Positions 1-18,055 of a stretch of DNA of 64,000 nucleotides are shown in pieces (the stretch's first letter is position 1; every line of letters starts with the position of its first letter). The position numbers were made by a program, and so were the translations under genes. The stretch lies in the NCBI RefSeq assembly GCF_009914755.1, contig NC_060928.1; one strand, 5' to 3'. The DNA comes from the human T2T-CHM13v2.0 reference genome, Homo sapiens. The notes beneath the pieces were generated by a model that was not told where the DNA came from, ran no database searches, and saw only the letters and a program-made list of their open reading frames with translations.

Positions 1-3354
<3,354 letters not shown>

Positions 3355-3810
3355 CTTTAGAAGGTGATGGAAGGTTTTTAAGCTAACAAGTGTCATGCTC
3401 GGTCTTGCTGAAGGGATTATCTTAGAAGCGGTCTCTGGACAAATAGTTCGCGAAGTGACTAAGTCAGTGGAGCTGGAAAAGGCAACTAGTATAAAAAGTA
3501 TTAAACAGGAAAAATAAACTACCGATCATCTGTAGGGGACTAGAAAGGAAGTCGAAAATGACTCCCGGGAATTTGTTTGGCAGATAGGTGCTGGTGCCCT
3601 TGTTTTAGCCGACAAATCTACAAAGTAGATTTGGGGAATAGATCTGAAATTCAGTTTTGTATATCTGGAATTCAGGGATGACTGGAGTGTGTTAATAGAG
3701 CTGTTCAGAAGGCAGGCAAAATGAGAGTTCCATCTCATTAGAATGGAGTTGGCTCAAACTGTAGCTCTGGGATTCTTCAGCAACAGATTATGGAAGCCAT
3801 AGGCATTAAT
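3355..3810 (-). mobile_element. L2 LINE relic
   Basis: Diverged purine-rich L2-like motifs (gaaattcagttttg, gaagccatagg). Confidence 0.55.
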
Positions 3811-4054
3811 GTAGTAGATATCTATTTTCTAAACATTGTTACTTATACAGACTACTTGATTTCTTGGAATGTGGTTAATTTACTTATTCATAATATGTAT
3901 GAATGATTAATTTTGCCAAAAAGGTACAGGTACACCTATGCCTGCTCTCACAGAGTTTATGTTTGATAAAATGGTGATAGGAATTCTATCCCATTGGTCT
4001 GATGAAAAGATGAAATGGAATAGGGTTTATCCATTATCTTACATGGAATAAATG

Positions 4055-4283
4055 TTTACTCATTCACTTACTCAGCAAATATTGAGCTCCTGCTATGTAG
4101 TAGGCACTAGTCTAAGTAGTGGGGTTATAAGGAAATAGAAGAGAAAGTTTCAGCTTTCCTTGTGTGTTCTAATAATAACATAAAGAAAATGGTGGCAAGA
4201 AGTGACAAGTGCCATGATGAAAATAAAAAAAGGTCATGTGATAGAGTAAGAAGGGAGCTACTTTAATAGAAGTCAGGGAAGGT
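4055..4283 (-). mobile_element. L2 3' end, continuing between later insertions to about 8390
   Basis: cattcacttactcagcaaatattgagctcctgctatgtagtaggcact is the reverse-complement L2 tail; gtcagggaagg resumes as cctctctgaagg after the LTR. Confidence 0.75.
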
Positions 4284-4639
4284 GTCTTAGTTTTGGCTAC
4301 TATCACAAGTTACCAAAGACTGAGTAGTTTAAATAAGAAACATTTCTCATAGTTATGGAAGTTGAGAAGTCCAAGATCAAGATGTAGCCAGATCCCTGTC
4401 TGGTGAGAATCGACTTCCTGGTTTGCACATGGTTATCTTGCTGTGTGCTCACATACCAGAGAGTAGAGACAGACAGCAAGCTCATTGTATCTTCTTAGAA
4501 GGTAGCTAATCCCTTCCTAAGGGTTCTACTCTCATGACCTAATCACCTCTTAAGAGCCCTGCCTCCAAATACTATTATGTTCGTGATTAGGATTTCAAGA
4601 TGTGAATTTGGGGGAAAGGGGCACAAATAATCTTTAACA
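4283..4639 (-). mobile_element. MaLR solo LTR (MLT1A/B-like)
   Basis: TG...CA ends; catttctcatagttatggaagttgagaagtccaagatcaag and aatcacctcttaagagcc motifs. Confidence 0.8.
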
Positions 4640-4793
4640 GAAAACCTCTCTGAAGGGATGTGATTTAAGCAGAGACTCAAATCATGTGGAAAAGCCCACC
4701 ATGTTTCTATCTGGGAGATGAGCACTTTAGACACAGGAAACTGTTCATAAACAATCCACATAAATGCCGTAAGGTGGCAACTGTCTTGGTGTG

Positions 4794-5768
4794 TGTATTA
4801 GTTTCCTATTGCTACTGTGACAAATTACTACAAACTTAGTGGCTTAAAACTACACAACTTTATTATCTTATAATTCAGGAACTCACAAGTCCTAAATGAA
4901 TGTCACTGGACTAAAATCAACAAGTTGGCAGGGCTTGTAAGCCTTTTTGGAGGTTCTAAGGGAGGACTGCCTTTCCTTTTCCATTTTCTAAGGCTGCCTG
5001 CATTCCTTGGCTCCCTGTTCTTCCATCTTCATAGTAGTAGCCTATCAAGTCTTTCTTGGGAAGAATCACTCTGACAGCAACTCTCCTGCCTCTCTCTTTT
5101 ACTTATAAAGACCCTTCTGATGACATTGGTGTTATGGGCTGAATTGTGTTCCTCAAAAAATATATGTTGAAGTCTTAGCCCCTAGTACCTCAAAATGTGA
5201 CCTTTATTTGGAAATAAGGTCTTGACAGGTTATCAAATTAAAATGAGATCATTGGGGTAAGTCCTAATCTGACTGGTATCCTTAAAAAGGAGGAAACTTG
5301 GACACAGGAACACACATAATAAGTAGCAAGACAATGAAAATACACGAGGAGAAGATGGCCATGTGACTGGAGTGATGCATCTACAAGCTAAGGAGAGCCA
5401 CTGATTGGCAGCAAACAGCAGAAGCTGGAAGAGGCAAGAAAAGATTTTCCCTTTAGAGCCATCAGAAACAGCAGCACAGCCCTGCCATTACCTTGACTTT
5501 GCACTTCTAGCTTCCAGAACTATGAAACAACAACTTTCTGTTGTTTTAAGCCATCTAGTTTTTGGTATTTTTTTACAGCATCCCTAGGAAGTGAATACAC
5601 TTGGGTACACACCAATTGTATCCAACTACTCCAGGATAACCTCCCTACCTCAAGAGCCTTAACTTAATCAAATCTACAGAGTCCATTTTGCTATGTAAAG
5701 TAGCATATTCATAGGTACTGGGGATTAGAATGTGGAGATCTTTGGGGGTCATTATTCTGCCTATCACA
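4794..5768 (-). mobile_element. MaLR solo LTR (MLT1C/D-like) interrupted by a second MLT1
   Basis: tgtattagtttcctattgct...ttattctgcctatcaca; 5-bp flanks gtgtg / gcatg (consistent with CpG-decayed gcgtg). Confidence 0.85.
5130..5599 (+). mobile_element. MaLR solo LTR (MLT1B/C-like) nested in opposite orientation
   Basis: tgttatgggctgaattgtg...ggaagtgaataca; TSD attgg / cttgg. Confidence 0.87.
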
Positions 5769-5936
5769 GCATGTTAAAGGCATGTTAAAGGAATAAAAAG
5801 ACCTCAGCGAGGGATGAGGGTTGGGGGAGGCAGGGGTCATTTCATCCAGATCATGTAGGCCTTTGTAGACCAAGTTACAAAGTTTAAATTTAATTGTGAT
5901 GAGAAGGTGTAGGGAAAATTCTAAGCAAAGAAAGTA

Positions 5937-5983
5937 TTTTGTCATTAAATGGCAAAAACCACAATTACTTTTGCACCAACCTA
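5937..5983. mobile_element. MADE1 (Hsmar1 MITE), one arm only
   Basis: aatggcaaaaaccacaattacttttgcaccaaccta matches the MADE1 terminal inverted repeat. Confidence 0.9.
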
Positions 5984-6809
5984 TAGCTAAATCCATAGGT
6001 TTGGGTGAATGTTGGTCTATTAGTCAGGGTTCTCTAGAGGGACAGAACTAATAGGATTATATATACGTGTGTGTGTGTATATATATGGGACTTTATTAAG
6101 GAGTATTAAACTCAAAAGATCACAAGGTCCCACAATAGGCCATCTGCAAGCTGAGGAGCAAGGAAGCCAGTCCAAGTCCCAGAGCCGAAGAACTTGAAGT
6201 CCAATGTTCGAGGGCAGGAAGCATCCAGCATGGGAGAAAGATGTAGGCTGGGAGGCTAAGACAGTCTAGTCTTTTAATGTTTTTCTACCTACTTCATACT
6301 CTGGCTGTGCCTGCAGCTGGTGAAATGGTGCCCACTCAGATTAAATTCGGATATGCCTTCCCCAGCCCACTGACTCAAATGTTAATCTCCTTTGGCAACA
6401 CCCTCACAGACATACCCAAGATCAAGACTTTGCATCCTTCAACCCAATCAAGTTGACACTCATTATAAGTCCACCTCTTGTCAATTTGAACCCATACATA
6501 TCTCCTGATATCATACATAATCTTCAAATAAAGACAATCATAAGGTCATAACTATGCCTAACATAATACAACTATCTTTCATACAACTGGAAATGCACCA
6601 GTCCCCAACCCAAATGCTATTACATAAAGTTAACAATACTTAAATGCTGATATGAAGTCAATAAATCTTATGTCACGATAAAGGAAAAATGAAATAAAAT
6701 GAACATATTTTCTTAGTACAAGTATATACATGCACAAACATGTTTTTAACAAAAGCAGGAGAAATACGCATGAAAATTACAGTCCCCGTATTTGCAACTG
6801 GTCATGTTG

Positions 6810-8105
<1,296 letters not shown>

Positions 8106-8395
8106 CCTTCAATCCAATCAAGTTGACACTCAGTATTAACCATCACAGTTAGTATCATTTACAAAGATAGAAGAGATGGGAAAGCAGATTTAGTGAGCAA
8201 AATCCAATTCGCTGGAGACAACTTTAAGGTGCCTATTACAAATCCAGGTGGAGGTCAGGCAGTTGACTAAACATTTCACAGAGGGAGCTCAGGACATGAG
8301 ATAAAAATTTAGAAGTCGGCATAAGTGGTCTTTAATGACATAGGATTGGAGATTACTGAGAAAGACAATATGTACAGAAAAGAATCTTAATGAAG

Positions 8396-8756
8396 TATCT
8401 TAGTCTATTTAGGCTATAACAAAAATAGCATACACTTGGTGACTTAAGCAACACACATTTATTTCTCACAGTTCTTGAGGCTAGGAAGTCCAAAATCAAG
8501 GCACTGGTGGATTCAGTGTCTGGCATAGGGCTGCCTCCTCATTCATAGATGGCTGTCTTTTCACTGTGTTCTCACGTGGGAGAAGGGAGCTAGAAAATTA
8601 ACTGGGATCTCATTTAAGGATGCTCATCCCATTCATGAGGGCTCTGCTCTTAACTGAATTACCTCCCCAAGGCCACACCTCCCAACACCATCACAGTGGG
8701 GATTAGGGCTTCAACATAATGAACTTTGGGGGGATATGAACATTCAGTCCATAACA
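8396..8756 (-). mobile_element. MaLR solo LTR (MLT1A-like)
   Basis: atttatttctcacagttcttgaggctaggaagtccaaaatcaagg...gaacattcagtccataaca. Confidence 0.85.
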
Positions 8757-8949
8757 TAAAGGAGCTCAGGTTAGCTACCACCATCCAGAGATGCCACACT
8801 TTTCTAAAAGTATGACCCTTCTCTACTGAAAGACCTTCAATGACTATGTTTCCTACAACTCCTTATTCTGACAAACTCTGACCCACATATCTCATTTGAT
8901 TTTCTATTATCCACCTTCTTGCAATCTTAGGTGAGATTTTCTGCTTTTA

Positions 8950-9260
8950 TAACTTTTTGAAATGCTATTTGATTCTCCAGGAATGGTCTTCCTATTTTTA
9001 TAAGTCTAAATCCAATCTCACCAAGCCTTTAAGTCTCTGCACAAATGTTACCTTCACCCCGAAGATTTTTCTGATGGTTTCCAGTTATGAAAGAATTATT
9101 CTGTTCCCTAACTCCCTAGCATTTTATCTCTATCCCTCCTAGACGTGTAAACTCATTAAAGGCAGGCTCTGCATCTGATTCATCTTTTGATCCCACCTTG
9201 ATAATGCTTATAGCCAATGCAAAAAATATGTATATAACTTGAAAAAATTTACTTGAATGT
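8950..9260 (+). mobile_element. L2 3' relic
   Basis: aaatgttaccttc and ctagacgtgtaaactcattaaaggcagg L2-like motifs. Confidence 0.5.
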
Positions 9261-12075
9261 ATAGTATGGCTTAGCTTTGCTTTAAGTATAGGTCTTATGC
9301 ATGAAAAAATTTCAATGTTCCTCAAATGATTCTGTTGTAAAAAAAATCCTTATCACATAAATTAAGATACCACTGAATAAATCTCTTCACATTCTTACAT
9401 TTTGTTTTTTAAATATATTTTTCAACTCAATTTCTTGGGACTTTTTTTAACTTTTATTTTAGGTTCAGGGGCATACATGTACAGGTTTGTTACATAGGTA
9501 AACTCATGTCATGAGGATTTGATATACAGGTTATTTCATCAGCTAGGTACTAAACTTAGTACTTGATAGTTATTTTTTCTGATCCTCTCCCTCCTCCCAG
9601 CCTTCACCTTCAAGTAGGCACCACTGTCTGTTGTTCTTTTTGTGGCCATGTGTCCTCATCATTTAACTCCCACTTATAAGTGCAAACATGTAGTATTTAG
9701 TTTTCTGTTCCTGCATTAGTTCGCTAAGGATAATAACCTCCAGCTCCATCCATGTTCCTGCAAAGGACATGATCTTGTTCTTTTTTATGGCACCATAGTA
9801 TTCTATGGTGTGTATGTACCTCATTTTCTTGATCTAATCTGCCACTGATGGGCATTTAAGTTCATACTATGTCTTTGCTATTGTGAATAATGCTGCAATG
9901 ACCATATGTGTGCATGTGTCTTTATGGTAGAATGATTGATACTTTTTTGAGTATATACCCAGTAATGGGATTGCTGGGTCAAATTGCAGTTCTGTTTTAG
10001 TTCTTTGAGAAATTGCCACACTGCTTTCCACAATGGTTGAACTAATTTACTCTCCCACCAACAATGTATAAGCATTCCCTTTTCTCTGCAACCACACCAG
10101 CATGTGTTATTTTTTCACTTTTTGGTAATAGCCATTCTGACTGGTGTGAAATGGTATCTCATTATGGTTTTCACTTGCATTTCTCTAAAGATTAGTGAAG
10201 ATGAGCTTTTTTTCATATGCTTGTTGGCCACATGTATGTCTTCTTTTGAAAAGTGTCTGTTCATGTCCTTTGCCCACTTTTTACTGAGGTTGTTTGTTTT
10301 TTGCTTGTAAATTTATTTAAGTTTCTTATAGGTGGTAGATAGTAGGCCTTTGTCAGATACATAGTTTGCAAATATTTTCTCTCATTCTGTAGGTTGTCCA
10401 TTTACTTTGTTGATAGTTTTTTTTCTAAGCAGAAGCTTTTTAGTGTAGTTATATCCCATTTGTCAATTTTTGCTTTTGTTGCAATTACTTTTGGTGTCTT
10501 CATCATGAAATCTTTGCCAGTCTCTATGTCCAATATCTTATTTCCTAGGTTATCTTCCAGAGTTTTTATAGTTTTGGGGTTTACATGTAAGTCTTTAATC
10601 CTTCTTGATTTTTGTATACGGTGTAAAGAAGGAGTCCAGTTTCAATTTTCTGCGTATTTCTAGCCAGTTATCCCAGTACCATTTATTGAATAGGGAGTCC
10701 TTTCCCCAATGCTTGTTTTTGTCAGTTTTGTTGAAGATCAGATGGTTGTAGGTCTGTGGCCTTATTTCTGAGCTCTCTATTCTGATCCATTGATGTATGT
10801 GTTTGTTTTTGTACCAGTTTCATGCTCTTTTGGTTACTATAGCCCTGTAGTATAGCGTGAAGTCAGGGAACATGATGCCTCCAGCTTTGTTCTTTTTGCT
10901 TAGGATTGTCTTGGCTATTCTGCCCCTTTTATTGGTTCCATGTAAATTTTAAAATAGTTTTTTTTCTAGTTCTGTGAATAATGTCATTGGTAGTCTGATA
11001 GGAATAGCATTGAATCTGTAAATTGCTTTGGGCAGTATGGACATTTTAACAATATTGATTCTTCCTATCCATGAGCATGGAATATTTTTCCATCTGTTAG
11101 TGTAATTTCTGATTTCTTTGAGCAGTGTTTTGTAACTCTCCTTGTAGAGATATTTCACCTCCCTGGTTAGCTGTATTCCTAGGTATTTTACTTATTTATT
11201 TATTTATTTATGTATTTTGGAGTTATCCGTGAATGGGATTGCATTCCTGATTTGTCTCCCAGCTTGGCTGTTATTGGTATATAGAAATGCTAGTGATTTT
11301 TGTATATTGATTTTGTATCCTGCAGCTTTGCTGAAGTTATTTATCAGCTGAAGGACCTTTTGGGGTGAGACTATGGGGTTTTCTTGATGTAGAATTATGT
11401 CATCTACAAACAAGAATAGTTTGACTTCCTCTCTTCCTATTTGGATGTGCTTTATTTCTTTTTCTTGCCAGATTGCCCTAGCCAGGACTTCCAATACTAT
11501 GTTGAATAGAGTTGGTGAGGGAGGACCCTTGTCTTGTGCTGATTTTCAAGGGAAATCCTTCCAGTTCTTGCCCATTCAGTATGATGTTGGCTGTGGGTTT
11601 GTTACAGATGGCTCTTATTATTTTGTAGTATATGTTTCTTCAATACATAGTTTATTGAGAGTTTTTAACATGAGAGTATGTTGAATTGTATCAAAAGTCT
11701 TTTCTGCATCTATTGAGATAGTCATGTGGATTTTGTCTTTAGGTTTGTTTATGTGATGAATCACATTTATTGATTTGTCTATTTTGAACCAATCAAAGCC
11801 TATTTGATTATAATGGATTCTTTTTGATGTGTTGCTGGATTTGATTTGCTAGTATTTTGTTGAGGATTTTTGCACCTGTGTTCATCAAGGATATTGGCCT
11901 GAAGTTTTCTCTTTTTGTTGTGTCTCTGCCAGGTTTTGGTATCAGGATGATGTTGGCCTCATAGAATGATTTGGGGAGGAGCCCTCCTCAGCGTTTTGAA
12001 ATAGTTTTAGTAGGAATGGTACTAGCTCTTCTTTGTACATATGGTAGAATTTGGCTGTAAATCTATCTGGTCCCA

Positions 12076-12078
<3 letters not shown>

Positions 12079-12121
<43 letters not shown>
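12079..12121 (+). repeat. Pure (T)43 homopolymer inside L1 ORF2
   Basis: Direct reading. Confidence 0.95.
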
Positions 12122-12122
<1 letters not shown>

Positions 12123-14596
12123 GTTGGTAGGTTATTTATTACTGATTAAATTTTGGAGCTAATTATTTGTATGTTCTGTGAATCAGTTTCTTACTGATTC
12201 AGTTTTGAGGGGGTTTATGTGTCCAGGAAATTATCCATTTCTTCTAGATTTTCTAGTTTTTGTGCATAGAGATGTCCACAGTAGTCTCTGACAGTTATTT
12301 GTGTTTCTGTGGGGTCATTAGTAACATCTCCTTTGTCATTCCTAATTGGGTTTGTTTGGATCTTCTCTCTTTTCTCCTTTATTAGTCTAGCTAGCTGTCT
12401 ATCTTACTAATGTTTTCAAAAAATCAACTTCTGGATTCCTTGATCTTTTGAATGGTTTTTCATATCTCAGTTTCTTTCCATTCAGTTCTGAATTTGGTTA
12501 TTTCTTATCTTCTGCTAGCTTTGGGGCTGGTTTGCTCTTACTTCTCTAGTTCTTCTAGTTGTGATGTTAGATTGTTAATTTAAGATCATTCTAACTTTTT
12601 AATGTGGGTGTTCAGTGCTATAAATTTCCCTCTTAACACTGCCTTAGCTGTGTCCTAGAGATTCTGGTATGTTGATCTTTGTTCTCATTAGTTTCAAAGA
12701 ACAACTTGAATTCTGCGTTAATTTCATTATTTACCCAAAAGTCATTGTGGAGTATGTTGTTTAATTTCCATGTAATTATATGGTTCTGAGTTATTTTCTT
12801 AATCTTGATTTATATTTCTGTTGTGCTATGGTATAAGAGTGTGGTTTGTATGATTTGGGTTTTTATTTTTTGCATTTTCTAAGGATTTTTAAAATACCTG
12901 ATTGTGTGGTCCATTTTAGAGTATGTGCCATGTGGTGTTGAGAAGAATGTATAGTCTATTATTAGTGAGTGGAGAGTTCTATAGATGTCTGTCAGGTCCA
13001 TTTGGTCCAGTGTGGAGTTCATGTCCTGAATATCTGTTGATTTTCCGCCTTGATGATCTGTTAATAGTGTCATTGGGGTGTTGAAGTGTCCCACTATTAT
13101 TGTGTGGGAGTCTAAATCTCTTTGTAGGTCTCTAAGAACTTGCTTTATAAATCGGGGTGCTCCTCTGTTGGATAAATATATATTTAGGTCTTCTTGTTGA
13201 ATTGAACGTTTTACCATTATGTAATGCCCTTCTTTGTCTTTTTTTTTTTTTTTTGACATTTGTTGGTTTAAAGACTGTTTTGTATGAAATCAGGATTGCA
13301 ACCCCTACTTTTTTCTGGTTTCCATTTGCTTGGCAGCTTTTCTTCCATCCCTTTGTTTTGAACCTATGGATGTCATTGCATGTGAGTTGAGTCCCTTGAA
13401 GACAGCATACTATTGGGTCTTGCTTCCTTATCCAGCTTGTCACTCTGCACCTTTTAATTGGGGCATTTAGCCTATCTACATTCAAGGTTGGTATTGATAT
13501 GTGTGGATATGATCCTGTCATTGTGTTTTTAACTGGTTATTATGCAGGCTTGTTTATGTGGTTGCTTTGTAGTGTCACTGGTCTGTGTACTTAATTGTGT
13601 TTTTGTAGTGGCTGGTAATGGTCTTTCCTTTCCATGTTAGCACTCCCTTCAAGAGCTCTCGTAAAGCAGACCTGGTAGTAATGAATTCCCTCAGCATTTG
13701 CTTGTCATAAATGGATCTCATTTCTCCTTTGCTTAGAAAACTTAATTTAGCTGGATATGAAATTTTTGGTATGTTGATCTGTTATCATTAGTTTCAAAGA
13801 ATGACTTGATATCTGCCTTAATTTCATTATTTACCCAAAAGTCATGGCTTAGATATTTTTTTCTATAAGAATGTTGAATATAGGCCCTCAATTTCTTCTG
13901 GCTTGTAGGGTTTCTGCTTAAAGGTCTATGGTTAGCCCGATGGGGTTCCCTTTGTAGGTGACCTACCCTTTCTTTGTAGCTGCCTTTAACATTCTTTCTT
14001 TCAATTTGACCTTGGAAAGTCTGATGATTATGTATCTTGGGGATGATCTTTTTTTGTAATATCTTGCTGGGGTCCTCTGCATTTCCTGAATTTGAATGTT
14101 GGTCTCTCCAGCAAGGTTTGGGGAAGCTTTCATGGCTGATGTCCTGAAATATGTTTTTCAATTTGTTTGCTTTCTCCCTATCTCTTTTAGGGATACCAAT
14201 GATTAGTAGATTTTGCTTCTTCATATAATCTCGTATATCTTGGAGGTTGTGTATCTTCCTTTTTATTCTTTTTTCTTTATTTTTGTCTGACTGTCTTATT
14301 ACAGAGAGCCAGTCTTCAAGCTCTGAGATTCTTTCCTCAGCTTGGTCTATTCTGCTGTTAATATTTGTAATTGCATTGTGAAATTCTTGGAGTGTGTTTT
14401 TCAGCTCTATCATGTCAGTTCAGTGCTTTTTGTTTTGTTCTTTGTTTTCTGTTTTTATACCAGCTATTTTGTCTGTCGGCTCCTGTATCATTTTATTATA
14501 TTCTTAATTTCCTTAGATTGCATTTTGGAATTCTGAATCTCAATGATCTTCATTCTTATGCATAGTCTGAATTCTATTTCTGTTATTTCAGCCATC

Positions 14597-14850
14597 TCAG
14601 CCTTGTTAAGAAACTTGTTGGAGAACTAGTGTGATCACTTGGAGGACATAAGACACTCTGGCCGTTTGAATTGCCAGAGTTCTTGCATTGGTCCTTTCTC
14701 ATTTCTGCATGTGGGTGTTCCTTTCAGCCTTGTTAAGAACCTTGTTGGAGAACTAGTGTGGTCACTTGGAGGACATAAAACACTCCAGCCATTTGACTTG
14801 CCAGAGTTCTTGCATTGATCCTTTCTTATTTCTGCATGTGGGTGTTCCTT
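14597..14850. repeat. 127-bp tandem duplication at the ORF1 5' region of the old L1
   Basis: tcagccttgttaagaa...gtgggtgttcctt at 14597-14723 and 14724-14850. Confidence 0.95.
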
Positions 14851-17699
14851 TAACTGTGGTGTAGATTCAATAGTCAGTAGACTTCTTTTCTGCCTATTTT
14901 CAAAGGGCCAAGGCTTTGTGCAGGGCCTTTATTAGTGGTTGACTTGTCTTTGTTTTCACAGTGAGACATGTTAGTGGGGTATTTTGGTGTTGAAGCTTTG
15001 GGATGTGATCCAGTAGGTGGCGCTTAAACTTAGTGGTCAGTAGGTAGCCTCTCACTCAGTCACATGGTCCCCTATATTTCCTCTCATTTTTAGCCATGCT
15101 CCCTCTCAATTCTCTGAAGGTGTGGGCTCCTCTCCCTCTTGAGTGCTGGCTATAGATGACAGCTTGGCACTCCTAGGCTGCCCACCACAACTTTGGGGCG
15201 ATCTCAGAGTTTATATTCCTTCTCCAACTTGGAGGCAGCAGAGGAAGGGACCTTAGTAGTGGTTGTGGCCATGGGTCTTTTACTTGCCTCCTGGGGCTCC
15301 ACTCCAGTGAGATGCAGAGCAGCAATTGCTCAGTGCAATCAGCTCAGGATGGGGGTGCAGGTGTCTGTGCTGTGTGCCCAAGCCAGGGGGGCCTTGCCTA
15401 GTGGTGAGCAGTGGGGGTGGGTGGGAACCATGGGAAACAGAGTGGCCTCCTCTCCTTGGGCCTACTTCAACTTGATGGAGGTGTAGATGAGACAGGGTGT
15501 TTGCTCCTTTGCCAGTGCAAAGGAAGCAAGGGCAGTACCACTACAGAGGCAGTGTGAGAGGGGCTTTCAGTTGCTCCTGCGGGCTCCACCTCCAGGAAAA
15601 CTGGAGCCACTACTATTAGGAGTATTCAGCCAGGAGGGTGGGGTGGCTGCACTGCTGGTGTCAGCTGGGGGATCCACTTGTTGGGAAGCATGGGGTCGAG
15701 GGCTTATAGGGAAGAGAGACTGACCTTCTCTCTGTATGATCAATGTGTTGTGGTGTAAGCTCAGGTGTAGCCCTCAGGAGCTTTGTTTCTTCCCCAGACT
15801 TGGAGCAGCAGGGGCAGAACCACTGCTGTGACAGTGGCAGAGAGGCTATCAGTTGCCTCTGGGAGACTCTCTCCAGGGAAACTCAGAGCCACTACCAGGG
15901 GTATGCATAGCCATGGGTAGGGCAGCTATTCTGTGGTTCTGAGCTGGGACCCTGCCTGGTGAAGAATAGAAGGTGGAGGTTCCCAGGGTAGAGGGACTAG
16001 ACTCCTCTCCATATGGTGGTTGCAGTGTGCTGAGAGTGCCAGTATAATGCCTAGACCCTTTGTTGCTTCCCCAGACCTAGGGCTGTTAGGGTGGTACCAT
16101 TGCAACTGCAGTGGTGGAGGGGTTGTGGGTCGACTGTGGGACTTCCTCCTTGGAAAGATGCTGAGCTGCCTCTGATTGAAGTGATTGGTAGGGGCAGGGG
16201 TGGTTTTGCTGGAGTCCCGGGTGAGGCAGCCCAGCCCAGTGAGGAGAAGTGACAACCGGGACCTGTGTGGAGGAGAGTCTGGCAACTTTTCCATGAGGTG
16301 GCTGCTCAGCCCCTGGTCCCCACTGACTCTCCAGAGCCTGGTGACAACAAAGGCGAGCAAAGATGGCAACTCGCCCCTCCTGCTGTGAACCCTGTCCCAG
16401 GGAGGTGCAGAGCTGCCACTGGCTTGATAGCCCCAGCAGGTGCTGGCTGGAGACCCAGGCTCGGAGGTCCCACCAAATGAGAAACAAGACCCATATGAAA
16501 AACAGTCTGGCCATTTTTCCATAAGGCTGTTGCACTATACTGGAGTCTGCTCCAGTCTCCAGTCAGCTCGGATTTTCCAGTGCCTGAAGGCAACAACACG
16601 GAAGGCTGCAAAAGAGCAAAGATGGCCGTCTGCTCCCTCCCTCCCAGGGAGGTGTGGAGCTGCTGCTTGCCCAAAAACACTGGCAGGAGATGGCTGGATA
16701 TCTTAGTCAGAAGGTCCCGCCCAGTGAGGAGAAATGAGATTGGGGACTCACGTAAAAAAGCAATCTGTCCACTTTTCGATAGGGCAGAAGTGCTATGCTG
16801 TGAGTCTGCTCCAAACCCCAAGTGCCTTGGACTCGCCAAAGCCCAAAGGAAACAACAGCCAAGACTTCGAAACAGTAAAGATGCCAGCGTGCCCCTCCCA
16901 CTGGGAGCTCCATCTCAGGGAGGTACAGAGCTGCTACTGGAAGCTGGCTGGCATCCCAGGCCTATGGGTCTTATCCTGTGAGATGCCGTGGAAGTGGGGC
17001 CTGCAGACCATTACTACTCAGCCTGCTGGCGTGTACAGGAGTCCCACTTTGCCAGAGCTGCTATTGCCAGGATGCCTGGGGATCCAAGGGTCTTGGGACT
17101 CTCAGTGTGCCTGAGCAATGTCTCTGCCCAAAGTCCACATAGCTCTGATGTCAGACTGAAGGCCCTGGTGGAGTGGGTGTATGAGGGGATCTCCTGGCCC
17201 CAGGGTTGCAAAGATCCATGGAAAATACATGGGTCCCAGGGGTCTCTCATTCACAATTTCCCTGGGCAGGGGAGGCTCCCTGGCTCCGTGTCACTCCCAG
17301 GTGGGCAGTCATCCTGTCTTAGTCCTCTCCATTCTCTATGGTTTGTTGTTTCCTTGATGAATACATGAATCAAATACATGAATCTGGGTGTTTCAGTTGA
17401 AGGCGTAGTATTTACTCGCCCCTTTTATTTCTCTCTGTGAAAAGCAGCACACACTAGCGGCTTCTAATTGGCCATTTTCCATGGTGTTCTTGGGATTTTT
17501 TTGTTTGGTTGGTTGATTGGTTACTTGCTTGCTTTGGTTTTGGTTTTGAGGTTTTTGTTGTTTTATTTTCCTGACATTATAAAACTTGATTTAAAAAAAA
17601 ATCTGAGAAAAGATTTTGAGAAAAACCGTAAGCTCTGTTTTAGTCTTGAGTAGCTAGATATACCTATTATACATCCACATTGTGATGTCAGGAAAGCCT

Positions 17700-18050
17700 C
17701 TGAAATATGTGACTGTAGAGATCAGGAGAGCAGTTTGGGCTAGAGACAGGCAACAATAACCATAAGCAATTAGATGATACTTAAAGCCATGGGATTGAAT
17801 GACCTACTCAGTGAGTGTTGATGACAAAGGAAAGAAATTGGAGAGAGGAGCAGGATGCTGTTAAGAAAACTAAGAAGGAACAGAAACTTAGAGGAAAATC
17901 AGGAGAATGTGGAATCACAGAAGACAAGGGGCATAGAGTTTGATGAAGGAGGGAGCAGCCATCTGGAGTTAATGCTACTGGGAGGATTTGACTACATGCA
18001 GGCTGTCTGAGACTTTAACATGAGACATTATAGTTTGAAAGGTGGGCACA
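17700..18050 (-). mobile_element. L2 relic
   Basis: caggagagcagtttgggctagag, cttaaagccatgggattgaatga, gaaaatcaggagaatgtggaatcacagaag. Confidence 0.65.
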
Positions 18051-18055
18051 GAGGC

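Larger units (their letters stand above)
9448..17486 (-). mobile_element. Near full-length old L1 (L1PA13-16-type, ~8 kb) with a long GC-rich, internally repeated 5'UTR; ORFs decayed
   Basis: EN start MTGSYPHISIPTLNV (13521), ORF1 coiled-coil remnants (14413), RT fragments; TSD ttcttggga(c/t)tttttt at 9432-9447 and 17487-17502. Confidence 0.93.

Noticed and set aside
5937-5983. miR-548-type hairpin
   Set aside because: Only one MADE1 arm remains, so no long hairpin
15193-17368. Dense cluster of overlapping 70-200 aa ORFs on both strands
   Set aside because: GC-rich 5'UTR of the old L1, inside its TSDs; no recognisable protein
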